Of a stretch of 61,656 nt of DNA, positions 48,090 to 59,689 are shown in pieces. A program made the translations under genes and the position numbers. Numbering within the stretch: position 1 is the stretch's first letter; the number at the start of each line of letters is the position of its first letter. The notes under the pieces are model-generated. The model did not search any database, was not told the origin of the DNA, and saw only the letters and a program-made list of their open reading frames with translations. The stretch is from Bacteroidales bacterium (GTDB taxonomy: Bacteria > Bacteroidota > Bacteroidia > Bacteroidales > F082), in the NCBI GenBank assembly GCA_045615125.1, contig JAZLEF010000146.1, positions 1 to 61,656 on the forward strand. The letters run 5' to 3'.

Positions 48090-48099
48090 ATATCGTAAT

Positions 48100-49266
48100 A
48101 TGAAAAAGGTAATGTTGGTTTTTGGAACACGTCCCGAAGCTATCAAAATGGCTCCGCTCGTAAAGAAGTTTCAGGAAACTTCTGATTTTCAAACTATAGT
48201 ATGTGTTACAGCCCAACATCGTGAGATGCTCGACCAAGTACTCGACATCTTCGATATAAAACCTGATTACGACCTTAACATCATGAAACAAGGTCAGGAT
48301 TTGTATGATATAACATCACGTGTCATGCTCGGACTTCGCGATGTCCTCAATGAATCAAATCCCGACATAGTCCTCGTCCACGGCGACACTACTACTTCAA
48401 TGGCTGCTGCTTTGGCGGCTTTTTATAAACAAATCCCAGTGGCTCACATCGAAGCAGGATTGAGAACTAACGACATATACAGTCCATGGCCTGAAGAGAT
48501 GAACCGCAGAATGACAGGTAGAATCGCTACTTATCACTTCTCCCCTACTGAACTAAGCCGTCAAAATCTCTTGAAAGAGAATGTAGATAATCAAAATATC
48601 ATAATAACTGGCAATACCGTCATCGATGCTTTATTTATGGTCGTTGACAAAATAAAGAACGACGCAGTTCTCACTGAAACTTTAAAAAATAACATCAAAG
48701 AAAATGGTTATAATGTTGAGCGTCAAAAGAAAATCGTTCTTATCACAGGCCATCGTCGTGAAAACTTTGGTGATGGTTTCAAAAACATCTGCTGCGCTAT
48801 ACGTGACCTTTCAATAAAATATCCGGATGTCGATTTTGTGTATCCTATGCATCTTAATCCTAATGTCAGAAAACCTATCTCTGAGATTTTCGGTATTGAT
48901 GTTAAAAATAAAACTCACGACAGTCAATTCTCAAGCAACACATTTTTCATAGAACCTCTTGACTATCTTAACTTTGTATTCTTAATGGAAAAAGCTAATA
49001 TCATCTTGACTGATAGCGGTGGAATCCAAGAAGAAGCACCAAGTCTCGGAAAACCTGTTCTCGTTATGCGCAATAATACCGAACGCCCAGAAGCACTCGT
49101 CGCTGGAACAGTGAAACTCGTTGGCACCGACTACGATAAAATCTTAAACGAAGTCTCTGAATTATTGGATAACGAAAGTTATTACGAAAAAATGAGTCAA
49201 GCACTTAACCCTTATGGAGATGGATTAGCCTGCGAAAGAATCATCGATTTTATGAAGAAAATCTGA
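48100..49266 (+). CDS. wecB: UDP-N-acetylglucosamine 2-epimerase, non-hydrolysing
   Basis: VFGTRPEAIKMAPL ... HGDTTT ... HIEAGLRT ... DSGGIQEEAP. Confidence 0.93.
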   Translation: MKKVMLVFGTRPEAIKMAPLVKKFQETSDFQTIVCVTAQHREMLDQVLDIFDIKPDYDLNIMKQGQDLYDITSRVMLGLRDVLNESNPDIVLVHGDTTTSMAAALAAFYKQIPVAHIEAGLRTNDIYSPWPEEMNRRMTGRIATYHFSPTELSRQNLLKENVDNQNIIITGNTVIDALFMVVDKIKNDAVLTETLKNNIKENGYNVERQKKIVLITGHRRENFGDGFKNICCAIRDLSIKYPDVDFVYPMHLNPNVRKPISEIFGIDVKNKTHDSQFSSNTFFIEPLDYLNFVFLMEKANIILTDSGGIQEEAPSLGKPVLVMRNNTERPEALVAGTVKLVGTDYDKILNEVSELLDNESYYEKMSQALNPYGDGLACERIIDFMKKI

Positions 49267-50525
49267 TTTCGCGATAAAACCATATTCTTTATCGAATTGA
49301 TTTTCCTTATTTTGACAAAGCATATTTAAAAACATTGCCATTATCTCGCCAAGTTTGCCTTCTAAATGTGAATTGGAAGATGCATTGTAAAATTGCAAAA
49401 CTTCCTTACTTGGCATTATCTCGTATGGATTCTTAATGAAATTTAATAAGTCAGAATTATTGTCAGCTAGCTTGACTAAATTATTTTTAACGAAATTATA
49501 ATCATCAAGAACATTGTTGTCCGACATATTATAAAGAACAGTAGGACAATGCATAATAGAAGCGTCTAGATGTATCGCGGATTCATTTGAAATCATGAAA
49601 TCTATATTGGCAATGAAATCAAATGAACTTTCTTCCTTGGGATTTGAAATAGAAATGTTATTATTTATTAACCATTCTGTATCAAGATGCTGATAACGAG
49701 GATGTGGACGTAGTACAATATTTTCATATCCTTCTTTTTTCAGAAAAAGACAAAGTTTTTTAACTTTTTCAAAATCATCTAACATATTGATTGCCACACC
49801 AATTTTATTAACTTCATTATTTCTTTCAACAATCTTATCGTAAAGAAAATCAAAACGAACTCCACCAGAGAGATAGACTTCGCCATTAGGTTTTCCAGCA
49901 TAAAGATATTTGTCCAACGATTCTTGTCCATCTAAAAAAGAATAAGTGAAATCCAATCTTGGGAATCCTTTTTTCACTGAGGCATGTTGTACATAAACCG
50001 TTTTTATATTCCTTTCCAATGCATTGAAAATCAAGCATCGATTTATGTCGTTATGGTCGTTTGCCAATACCAAGACTTTCACATTGTATTTATCAAGCAT
50101 TTCACCAGCCACTTTATAAAGTCCGTAAGTAGTCCAAAGACGAGTGAAATATTTAATAATAAGAGATTTATCTTCTTGACTAGAATTTTTGTAAAGTTTT
50201 ATTAAGGAAAATATATAAGGGATGCTATGCCACCAAGCGCGTCTTTTATGCACATCTGTCACATGATTGTTAAGATATAAATATGTATCTTTTTCAACCT
50301 TATTGATTATTGGTTCGAGCGAACGACGATTATTAAGTGAAACACCAAAGAAAAGCAAACCTTTATAATTGAAAGGCAATGACTTATATTTAAAATGAAT
50401 AATAAATGTGTAATAAAACAATTGCCCGACAAAAATACAGATTTGCTTGAACAATGAAGGCTGCTTTTCCTTCACTATTCTCGATATTTCATTGATTTCT
50501 AAAACATTAAGTTTACTGTATTTCA

Positions 50526-50526
<1 letters not shown>
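49225..50526 (-). CDS. orphan GT-B-like transferase with HP motif; candidate nonulosonate or capsule-type glycosyltransferase
   Basis: LRPHPRYQ and ISNESAIHLDA blocks resemble capsule-synthesis, sialyl- or glycerophosphotransferases. Last gene of the operon. Weak call. Confidence 0.35.
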
Positions 50527-51493
<967 letters not shown>

Positions 51494-52531
51494 TTACTCT
51501 ATATTTTGAGGATAAATAATTTCGTTTCTTGGTATTTCAACTTTCACCTTCTTGCCAATAACAGATTGACTTTCAGACCATTTAAAACCGTCACCGGGAC
51601 TTAAAAGATGAATATCGTTTTCTGTTATAATCTCACCAACTTTAATATTACGGTTTGTCGCAATGGAACGTTCAAGTTTTATCTTGCTACTCAACACATC
51701 AGGTTCGATGAAGATTTCTTCTTTACCCATAGCCATTTCTGTTATTCTGATGTCGCGAATCATTCGGTTGACGCCATCTGGACCCAAGGAACCAGCTTGG
51801 TCGGTACCTTTCATTCTTCTGTCGATAGTGACGTGTTTTTCAATGATTTCCGCGCCCATAGCTATGGCTGCAACTGGAGCAGAGATTCCTATTGTATGAT
51901 CAGAGAAACCAATCTTATATTGAGGATAATTATTTTTAAGATATTTTATCGTGTTGAGATTCAGATTATTTGGATTTGTAGGATATTGAGAGACGCAATG
52001 AAGAATTGAAATATTGTTGTGGTATTTAGTTATCACGTCCAAAGCCTCATCAAGTTCTTTTTTACCAGCCATTCCTGTTGATAAGATAATCGGGATTTTT
52101 GTCTCTGCGAGAGCTTCCAACAAAGGAATATTTGTCACATCACGACTTGCAACTTTCAGAAAATCAGGAGAAAAATATTTCATTATGCTTAAGCATGAAG
52201 GAGCGCATAAGGTCTCAACAAAATCTAGTCCCTTTTCCTTAGCGAACTTATAAACTTCATAATGTTGCTCATCAGAAAGCTCTAAAAAAGCTCTATGTTC
52301 ACCGTAAGTCCTTCCAAATGAATTAGGTGAATCATAAAGTCTTGACATCTGCGAATCAGACAACTCATGAGCGAGGTCACGTTTCGTCATTTTTACCGCG
52401 TTCATAGGTTGCAAATCCATACCGAAATATTCTTCCTTGACAGGTCGTGAAATCAACTCGACGATAAGTTTTGCAATATCAACCGAGCCATTGTGATTTT
52501 GTCCTATTTCACCAATTATATAAGTTCCCAT
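51494..52531 (-). CDS. NeuB-family nonulosonate (9-phosphate) synthase with C-terminal SAF domain
   Basis: IIGEIGQNHNGS motif; 345 aa. Confidence 0.85.
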   Translation of the reverse strand: MGTYIIGEIGQNHNGSVDIAKLIVELISRPVKEEYFGMDLQPMNAVKMTKRDLAHELSDSQMSRLYDSPNSFGRTYGEHRAFLELSDEQHYEVYKFAKEKGLDFVETLCAPSCLSIMKYFSPDFLKVASRDVTNIPLLEALAETKIPIILSTGMAGKKELDEALDVITKYHNNISILHCVSQYPTNPNNLNLNTIKYLKNNYPQYKIGFSDHTIGISAPVAAIAMGAEIIEKHVTIDRRMKGTDQAGSLGPDGVNRMIRDIRITEMAMGKEEIFIEPDVLSSKIKLERSIATNRNIKVGEIITENDIHLLSPGDGFKWSESQSVIGKKVKVEIPRNEIIYPQNIE

Positions 52532-52533
52532 AA

Positions 52534-53292
52534 TTACTTCTGATTCTTTAATATTTCATCTCTCATAACTTTCATATATTGTTGATTCTCATTTAAAAAA
52601 GCAACAACATCAAAAGCATTGAAATTTGGTTTCTTTTTATAAATATCATTAAAAATCTCTTTCTGAATATCAAAATCAGTTTTTGTGTCGATAGTAAGTC
52701 TTATATCGTCATGTTTTTCTATTACTTCAGAAATGTTAAAAAATCTTACATCAAAAACATCTTTGTTTGCATAGATAAAATTAGTTACATGTTCATGATA
52801 AAGACTTTCCTCAGTCATAGCTTTAACTTTATTTAAAGCATTAAGTGTCACAGCCTCAGCCCAAAAACCATAATGAGTTTTTATAGTTGGAGTTCCTTCT
52901 GAAGTTGAAAACGACATATAATCGCAATCTGTCATTTCAAAATTTTGTAAAAGAAAATTAAGATAATCTATATCCAAGAAAGGATTATCTGCACACACTC
53001 TTATGATTTTATTTGCATTAAAATGATTTGCAGCATCTATAAAACGTTGAAGCACATCATTTTCTGAACCTCTAAAATAATTAATACCATAACGTTTCGC
53101 TGTCTCAACTAAAACATCATTATTAGAATTAGAGGATGTAGCAAGTATAATATTCTCTTTTTTAATATTTGATGTTAATCTATTAAGTATCAATGAAAAG
53201 ATTCCTTCATTTTCATAGAAAGGAAGTATCATTTTTTGCGGCAGACGTGTTGATCCAGTACGTGCCTGTATTATTATTTTAATGTCATTCAT
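52534..53292 (-). CDS. SpsF/NeuA-type cytidylyltransferase (CMP-nonulosonate synthetase family)
   Basis: IIIQARTGSTRLPQKMIL N-terminal motif. Confidence 0.7.
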   Translation of the reverse strand: MNDIKIIIQARTGSTRLPQKMILPFYENEGIFSLILNRLTSNIKKENIILATSSNSNNDVLVETAKRYGINYFRGSENDVLQRFIDAANHFNANKIIRVCADNPFLDIDYLNFLLQNFEMTDCDYMSFSTSEGTPTIKTHYGFWAEAVTLNALNKVKAMTEESLYHEHVTNFIYANKDVFDVRFFNISEVIEKHDDIRLTIDTKTDFDIQKEIFNDIYKKKPNFNAFDVVAFLNENQQYMKVMRDEILKNQK

Positions 53293-54604
53293 TTTTCAAA
53301 ATACTCTCAATTAAATTAACATATTCTTTAGCCAAAGCTCTGCGTGAATATTTTTTAACGCTTTCGTTTTCCTTTGTAATAAGTTGATTCTCTTTATATT
53401 TTTCAAATAAATCAAGAATCATTTTCTTCATGCCTTCTTTATCTTCAAAATCGACGATAAATCCTGATTTTGTCTCATCGAGAATTATTGCAGTATCGCC
53501 ATCTTTAGGACCTATCGCCATGATTGGACGTCCTGAAGCCATATATTCGAAAATCTTTCCTGTAAGAATACCTTTAGCATTAGGCGAATTATTAACAAAA
53601 AGTAACAAAACCTGCGAAGAACTTTGTTCGACAATCACTTTCTCATGTGGTATATATGGAATTATCTCAACATGATTTTCCAGATTATTCTCTTTTATTG
53701 AAACTATGACAGAGTTATCTACTTGTCCTATTAGTCTAATCTTTAACAAGTTAGAGAAATCAGGAATATTTTCATCCTTTATAAGTTCACCAAGAGCCTC
53801 CCAGAATTTTGTCGCATTTCTTGCAGCACCTATGATTCCAACATGCGACATCGTGAAATTTTCGGATAATTCAGATTTAGTCTTAAGTTCTTCTATGTTA
53901 AAATCATAGCCATTGGTTATGACTGCAACATCTTTTGCGCCGTGTCTTTCAAGACCTTTTGCCCAATCCCAACCCACGGTCACTACTTTGTTTGCTTCTG
54001 TAAGAACTTGGTATTGAAGGTTATGATGTTTCTTTAAACTATATTTTGTTAATTTTAACTCACTAAAGAAATCTATATCCGTCCAAGGGTCTCTAAAATC
54101 GGCCACCCACGGAATGTTAAATTTTTTATGTAACTCTTTAGCGATAAGATGCATAGAATGAGGAGGTCCTGTCGAAATAATAGCATCAACAGGATTTGTT
54201 TCTAAATATTTTTTAAGATATTTCACAGAAGGTTTAATCCACCAACAACGAGCATCTGGAACAAATAAATTACCTCTTAACCAAATACTTATATTTTCTT
54301 TCCATGCCGACTTCTTTTTTCCTTCGTTAATGAAACCTGCTTTTATCTTTTCATCCTTCTTAATTCCTAAAAACTTTTTATAGAAAGAATAAGGTTCTAT
54401 TATTGGTCGTCTTATAATCTCAGCTTCAGGTGTCACATCTTTTACCAAGGACATATCCTCCACTGGATATTCAGCTCCATCAGCAGTGTAAATAACAGGT
54501 TGCCAATTATTTTCAGGCAGGTACTTCGACATCTTCAACCATCGCTGCACGCCAGAACCACCCGATGGAGGCCAATAATATGTTATGATTAAGACACGCT
54601 TCAT
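53285..54604 (-). CDS. GT-B glycosyltransferase, family 4-like
   Basis: MKRVLIITYYWPPSGGSGVQRW N-terminus; 439 aa. Confidence 0.7.
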   Translation of the reverse strand: MKRVLIITYYWPPSGGSGVQRWLKMSKYLPENNWQPVIYTADGAEYPVEDMSLVKDVTPEAEIIRRPIIEPYSFYKKFLGIKKDEKIKAGFINEGKKKSAWKENISIWLRGNLFVPDARCWWIKPSVKYLKKYLETNPVDAIISTGPPHSMHLIAKELHKKFNIPWVADFRDPWTDIDFFSELKLTKYSLKKHHNLQYQVLTEANKVVTVGWDWAKGLERHGAKDVAVITNGYDFNIEELKTKSELSENFTMSHVGIIGAARNATKFWEALGELIKDENIPDFSNLLKIRLIGQVDNSVIVSIKENNLENHVEIIPYIPHEKVIVEQSSSQVLLLFVNNSPNAKGILTGKIFEYMASGRPIMAIGPKDGDTAIILDETKSGFIVDFEDKEGMKKMILDLFEKYKENQLITKENESVKKYSRRALAKEYVNLIESILKNE

Positions 54605-54606
54605 TT

Positions 54607-54634
54607 TAATTCTTAATTCTTAATGCATAATTAT
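54607..54634. repeat. heptamer array TAATTCT TAATTCT TAATGCA TAATTAT (minus strand ...TGCATTA AGAATTA AGAATTA)
   Basis: Fills the 26-nt gap between the YfhO stop and the GT4 start. Confidence 0.8.
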
Positions 54635-57084
54635 TGTTTTGATACTGATTTCTTGTAAGTTACGAAGATTGCAGCAAATAAGCCTAAAATCAAAATCAAG
54701 GAGGAAATGAATTGGATTGTGTTACCGACTTTCCAGATTCTTGGTTCGTAACGCATCATAATATCATGATTGCCAGCAGGAATAACAGCTGCTCTTAAGA
54801 TATAGTCTGCTCTGATCAATGGAGCTTCTTTTCCATCAATCCACATTGTCCATCCTTTGCTTGTCCATATCTCAGAAAATACAACCAATTCGTCTTTTGA
54901 AGAATTAAAATTGTAAATCAATTCGTTAGGTTTATAAGAAGCCAACTGAATTGTTCCGAATCCTGAAATTGGATTGAAATCGCCAACAACATTTCTAAAT
55001 TCCTCATTAACAATAGCCGTTGTCCTGACATCAGTGTCTTCAATAGCGGCGATTTCTTCATTAGGAGTTGCAACCCATTTAATATCAGATACTAACCAAG
55101 CATTACCGAAAGCATCAGGATTTGGCATTACAACAGGTTTATTATTATTTTGTGGATATATCAAATATTTGGTGTTCAACATATTAAGAACATTCCAAAA
55201 ACCATCGCTTCCGACATTGTTTCCACCTAAATAATGATTTATAATATCTTGATAACGACGAAGTTTTGCACCATGATAACCGCCAATTGATTTATGGAAA
55301 TATGATGTACTTGCATCGTTGAAAGTGCTTGTTGTAAGATTCATTACTCTGTAGTTCAAGCTGTTGTCTTGTAAGATTTGTTTGTCAACTTCTGACATAA
55401 CAAAAGGTTTGTCGAAACGGCGACTATCGATGAAATTGTCATTATTGAGATAACGTTTGTTGATTGGGAACATATCCATTACGACCAAAACAGCAAACAT
55501 CGCAAACATGGCATTATTTTTCAATTTACCATTAACATTAAGCATCAACAATGTAGACGCTACTGTTATAAACAAGAAACTTCTTATTGCATCTTTTTGG
55601 AATATCGCAATGCGTACTTTTTCCAATTCACTTGCAAACATCTGATATACAGCACCGTCTTTGCCTGCACCTAATTGAGCGAATTGAGCAGCCTCGCCTT
55701 GACTGAGGAAGTTGAAGAAAACGTTAGGAGCGATATAGAACAACGAACACAAACCTGCTGTCAATCCGAAAGATACGTAAAGATAATACATATTTTTCTT
55801 CAAAATTTCAGGATTTTTCATCACTTCAGCGAGAGCGGGGAAGGCAAGAATTGGCATACAGACTTCAGCTATTACGAGTGTCATCGAGACAGCTCTAAAC
55901 TTATTGTATAATGGGAAATAGTCGAGGAAGAAGTCTGTGAATCCCATGAAGTTTTTACCCCAACTCAATAATATTGAGAGTATTGTAGCTGCGAGCAACA
56001 CCCACTTTATCTTTCCTTTCACAACAAACAAACCAAGTACAAATAAGAAACAGACTATTGCGCCAACATAAACAGGTCCGCTTGTTCCTGGTTGGTCTCC
56101 CCAATATGCGTTGTTTTGTGCTATCATCGAGCGGTAGCGAGGGTCTGCGTTTTCCAAAGCAGGATTATCGTTGCCGATGTAAGCCGAAGCACCACCTTTC
56201 ACATTAGGAATCATAAGGCTCCATGTCTCACCAATGCCATAACTCCATTGTGTTATATAATCTCTGTCGAGACCTCGAGTCTGGTTTTCAACGTTTTCTG
56301 TGAGGACAGGTTTGCCACGCATTGTCTCCTTACCAAATTCGTAATTAGCATAAAGCGTTGTTATACTTGTCATTACTGCCAAGATTGCCACTATTGCAAG
56401 TATTCCGCTTGCTTTAAAGAAATCTAAATATTTTTTAGTTTTTATAGCCTCGATAAATTCCGCGATAATCATTATCAGCACTATCATGAACAGATAATAG
56501 GTAATCTGAATGTGACCTGCTCTTATTTCGAGTGCCAATGATATTGCAGTAAGGACTGTGCCCCATAGATATTTTCCTTTGTAAGTCATTATTATACCTG
56601 CAATTACAGGAGCCATATACGCCATTGCGACAGCCTTTGAATTGTGGCCTGCACCCATGACGATAAAGAGATACGATGTAAATCCGTAAGCTAATGCACC
56701 GATGAAACTAATCCACGTTTTACATTCTAAAACGAGAAGCAGAATAAAGAAGCCGAGCATACTTATAAACACTGACATTATAGGACTTGGGAATCCTAAA
56801 CCTATGATTTTCTGCACGTACGTCATGAGGTTACTATTTTGCTGCACGCCGATATTCCATGCAGGCATACCACCGAACATTGAGTTAGTCCAGAGAGACT
56901 GTTCTCCAGTTTCATTACGAAATTCATTGATTTCCTGCGACATGCCTTTGTACATTTCAATATCATGCTGTTTTATTCTTTTACCTTCCAAAATAGGTGT
57001 AAAATAAACCAAAGTGATAAGTGCGAATGCTACAATCGCAAATACTATTCCGAGGAATTGTTTGTTTTTGAATATATTTTTCAT
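54631..57084 (-). CDS. YfhO-family polytopic membrane glycosyltransferase-like protein
   Basis: 817 aa with many TM helices; N-terminus FTPILEGKRIKQHDIEMYKGMSQE...LWTNSMFGGMPAW is typical of YfhO proteins. Confidence 0.75.
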   Translation of the reverse strand: MKNIFKNKQFLGIVFAIVAFALITLVYFTPILEGKRIKQHDIEMYKGMSQEINEFRNETGEQSLWTNSMFGGMPAWNIGVQQNSNLMTYVQKIIGLGFPSPIMSVFISMLGFFILLLVLECKTWISFIGALAYGFTSYLFIVMGAGHNSKAVAMAYMAPVIAGIIMTYKGKYLWGTVLTAISLALEIRAGHIQITYYLFMIVLIMIIAEFIEAIKTKKYLDFFKASGILAIVAILAVMTSITTLYANYEFGKETMRGKPVLTENVENQTRGLDRDYITQWSYGIGETWSLMIPNVKGGASAYIGNDNPALENADPRYRSMIAQNNAYWGDQPGTSGPVYVGAIVCFLFVLGLFVVKGKIKWVLLAATILSILLSWGKNFMGFTDFFLDYFPLYNKFRAVSMTLVIAEVCMPILAFPALAEVMKNPEILKKNMYYLYVSFGLTAGLCSLFYIAPNVFFNFLSQGEAAQFAQLGAGKDGAVYQMFASELEKVRIAIFQKDAIRSFLFITVASTLLMLNVNGKLKNNAMFAMFAVLVVMDMFPINKRYLNNDNFIDSRRFDKPFVMSEVDKQILQDNSLNYRVMNLTTSTFNDASTSYFHKSIGGYHGAKLRRYQDIINHYLGGNNVGSDGFWNVLNMLNTKYLIYPQNNNKPVVMPNPDAFGNAWLVSDIKWVATPNEEIAAIEDTDVRTTAIVNEEFRNVVGDFNPISGFGTIQLASYKPNELIYNFNSSKDELVVFSEIWTSKGWTMWIDGKEAPLIRADYILRAAVIPAGNHDIMMRYEPRIWKVGNTIQFISSLILILGLFAAIFVTYKKSVSKQ

Positions 57085-57092
57085 AATAAATT

Positions 57093-58685
57093 TTAGTAAA
57101 CTAATTTAGCATTTAACGTTTCTACATCTGTTTTTATGCTTAAAAAATATACGTTATTATTTTTTAAGATTTCTGTCAGTTCAGAAAGAGGAATCTCATT
57201 CATTCCAGCAGGCAACAAGCCCAAATCTTTCACATACAACAAAGAACCTTTATAATCGGCAACTTGCAATGTTACTCGAGAAGTATGTTTATTATCGAAC
57301 AAACAAACACTATTATCATTCAATGGATTAGGGAATATTTTAAGTTTATCAGCCTGATATTGATTCTTTTTAAGATAAGTCACACTTGACTCATAACAAC
57401 CCATATCAACCCTGTTGCCCACTATTCTAGGATTACCGAGGAGGTCAGTTGCAGGCATCATCAAAGCTGTTGTATCTATTGTTCCACTGTTGATAGCTGG
57501 GCTGTCGGCTTGCAATTGGAAATTACGAGCCACAGTATCGATGAACATCGGGTCTACTTCAAGCATTGTTGGGAAATCGTAGACAGCTACATATTGATTA
57601 CCATGTATTTGCTTAAGACCACCTTCGATAAGAGTGTTGTAAAACTCAGGTGCGCAGTCGGAGCCCCAGATGAATATCTGTCCGCCATCGGTGATTGAGG
57701 TTTGTTCTTCGTCATACCAATCGTTGCCCCAGATGATACAGTTTTTGAACACAGGCTTAGATCCGCCGAAGAACTGCATCGCACCACCACCTGCACCGAT
57801 ACAATAATTATTTGCCATAGTGACATTTTGAATGAAAGGAGAAGTAGATGCCATCGCCATCGCACCACCATAATGCATAACGATATTATTATCAAACAAC
57901 AAATTAGAAATTCTCACTTCATAATCTTCACTACGTTGTATTCCCATGCCAGCTGCGTTTACTGCATAATTATCTTCAAAGACTGCCCTATTGACATTGA
58001 CTGAACAGCTATCGAAATTGACGCCACCGCCATAACATGTGTTACAATAATTATCATGGAAATACATATCTTCCATCTTAACAGAACATCTATGAAATTG
58101 GAAGCCAGCACCGTGCGTATAAGCACCGTCTTCGGTATATGCGATATTGGAATCAACTTCGCAGTTTGTAATCAAAACATTGGAATATTCGGCATAGAGA
58201 GCACCGCCTTTTCCGCGTGTGTGATTGCGATAGAAGGTACAATTATCAATCACGACATTATCGGTATTATATATTCTCACTGCGCCACCGTATATCATTT
58301 CTTCAGCAGCCTTGCCGTACGAAAAATGACAATATTCAAGTCTTAATGTTTCTTTAAGATTTTGAAAAACGAGACCATTCCATCCACCTTCGCCAGAATC
58401 CCAACGATAGAAACCCGTTGTATCAATGACAGTAAAATATATAGAATCGTTTTCACATCCTACGGCTTCGAAAGAACCGTTTACAATAATACTGAAATAA
58501 TCTTTAAAAATGACTTTTGTTCCTTCAGCAACAATGAGCTTACTATCTTCAGGAACCATTACATTGTCAACAACGAATACGGTATCACAATCCCATACAC
58601 CTTCTTGATTTCCCGACACTTCACAAGACTGAGACCTCGACATAAGAGGAATTAGAAACAATAGTATCAATAAATATTTTCTCAT
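57093..58685 (-). CDS. right-handed parallel beta-helix protein (Pmp-like GGA repeats) with T9SS C-terminal sorting domain (start moved to MRKYLLIL)
   Basis: Repeated GGAxxx units (GGAVRIYN, GGALYAEYS, GGAMAMAS, GGGAMQFFG); C-terminus KIFPNPLND...VYFLSIKTD. Confidence 0.7.
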   Translation of the reverse strand: MRKYLLILLFLIPLMSRSQSCEVSGNQEGVWDCDTVFVVDNVMVPEDSKLIVAEGTKVIFKDYFSIIVNGSFEAVGCENDSIYFTVIDTTGFYRWDSGEGGWNGLVFQNLKETLRLEYCHFSYGKAAEEMIYGGAVRIYNTDNVVIDNCTFYRNHTRGKGGALYAEYSNVLITNCEVDSNIAYTEDGAYTHGAGFQFHRCSVKMEDMYFHDNYCNTCYGGGVNFDSCSVNVNRAVFEDNYAVNAAGMGIQRSEDYEVRISNLLFDNNIVMHYGGAMAMASTSPFIQNVTMANNYCIGAGGGAMQFFGGSKPVFKNCIIWGNDWYDEEQTSITDGGQIFIWGSDCAPEFYNTLIEGGLKQIHGNQYVAVYDFPTMLEVDPMFIDTVARNFQLQADSPAINSGTIDTTALMMPATDLLGNPRIVGNRVDMGCYESSVTYLKKNQYQADKLKIFPNPLNDNSVCLFDNKHTSRVTLQVADYKGSLLYVKDLGLLPAGMNEIPLSELTEILKNNNVYFLSIKTDVETLNAKLVY

Positions 58686-58719
58686 AATAAATAATTTTAT
58701 AAACAACTTTTACAATCTA

Positions 58720-58727
58720 CAAAAATA
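58720..58727 (-). promoter_or_regulatory. -7 promoter box (TATTTTTG on minus strand) for the 8-gene glycan operon
   Basis: CAAAAATA on the plus strand, 34 nt upstream of ATG 58685. Confidence 0.5.
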
Positions 58728-58829
58728 ATAAAAGTCGACAGACAACGTACATGGCAAAAGAGATTTTTTTAATGAAAATACCTTATATATAAAAAGTAAG
58801 ATTTTTGTTCGTGATAAAGAATTTTGATT

Positions 58830-58837
58830 TATATTTG
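58830..58837 (+). promoter_or_regulatory. -7 promoter box TATATTTG
   Basis: 22 nt upstream of ATG 58860. Confidence 0.5.
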
Positions 58838-58859
58838 TGGAGAAAAAATTTAAATCATA

Positions 58860-59654
58860 ATGCTTATGAAAAAGTTACTTTTAATCTTAATGTTTATGTT
58901 TCCTATGTTTTTATTTGCACAAATAGAAATGGGAGATAACTTTGATGAAGACTTCAACAGAATGATGGATGTTCTTGAAGATGAAATCATATTATCAGAA
59001 GAAGGTTTAATGACATTACGTTTTGCTGATGCAGAAGACGACAAGCCTGTTCAGAATGCAAAGATTGAAATCATAAATGTAGGAGAATACACTACAGACG
59101 TTGACGGTATAGTCAGATTTCCTATGCAAAAAGACGGCAAATATATATTCACATTCAGAAAGCAAGGATATATCACTGCTGACTATAAGTTTGAAGTTGT
59201 AGCAGGAATGATATATTTCAATCGTTTTTCAGTATGTAAGATGATGGAATTAGGACACGTTCGTATCGTTCTTGATTGGGGTTCAAGTCCTAACGACCTC
59301 GACCTTCATCTTGAAAAAGTAGGCAAATATCATATCTCATATCATCACATGAGAGTTTCTGACGACCGCACAGCGAGATTAGACAGAGACGATATTGACG
59401 GCAACGGTCCAGAAACTATAACAATCACCGACGTTGACGACAATGCCACATACAATTGTTACGTACACGATTTCTCCAATCGCAACAATCCAACATCCAA
59501 CAAACTTGGAAAGTCAAAAGGAAGAATCACAATATACAACAACAACAGACTTGAATATACCATCGACGTTCCTAACGACACAGAAGGAACACGTTGGGAT
59601 GCTTTCCAAATTGGCAATGGCAATTTCAGATTGACAAATAGAATTTCAAATTAA
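58860..59654 (+). CDS. secreted protein: carboxypeptidase-regulatory-like domain plus DUF2135 (YfaP C-terminal)-like domain
   Basis: Signal peptide; LDWGSSPNDLDLHLEK...RLDRDDIDGNGPETITI resembles the DxDLHV...D..GYGPE block. Confidence 0.45.
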   Translation: MLMKKLLLILMFMFPMFLFAQIEMGDNFDEDFNRMMDVLEDEIILSEEGLMTLRFADAEDDKPVQNAKIEIINVGEYTTDVDGIVRFPMQKDGKYIFTFRKQGYITADYKFEVVAGMIYFNRFSVCKMMELGHVRIVLDWGSSPNDLDLHLEKVGKYHISYHHMRVSDDRTARLDRDDIDGNGPETITITDVDDNATYNCYVHDFSNRNNPTSNKLGKSKGRITIYNNNRLEYTIDVPNDTEGTRWDAFQIGNGNFRLTNRISN

Positions 59655-59689
59655 ATCAATATTTTTTAATATTTTTAATATAAGACACT

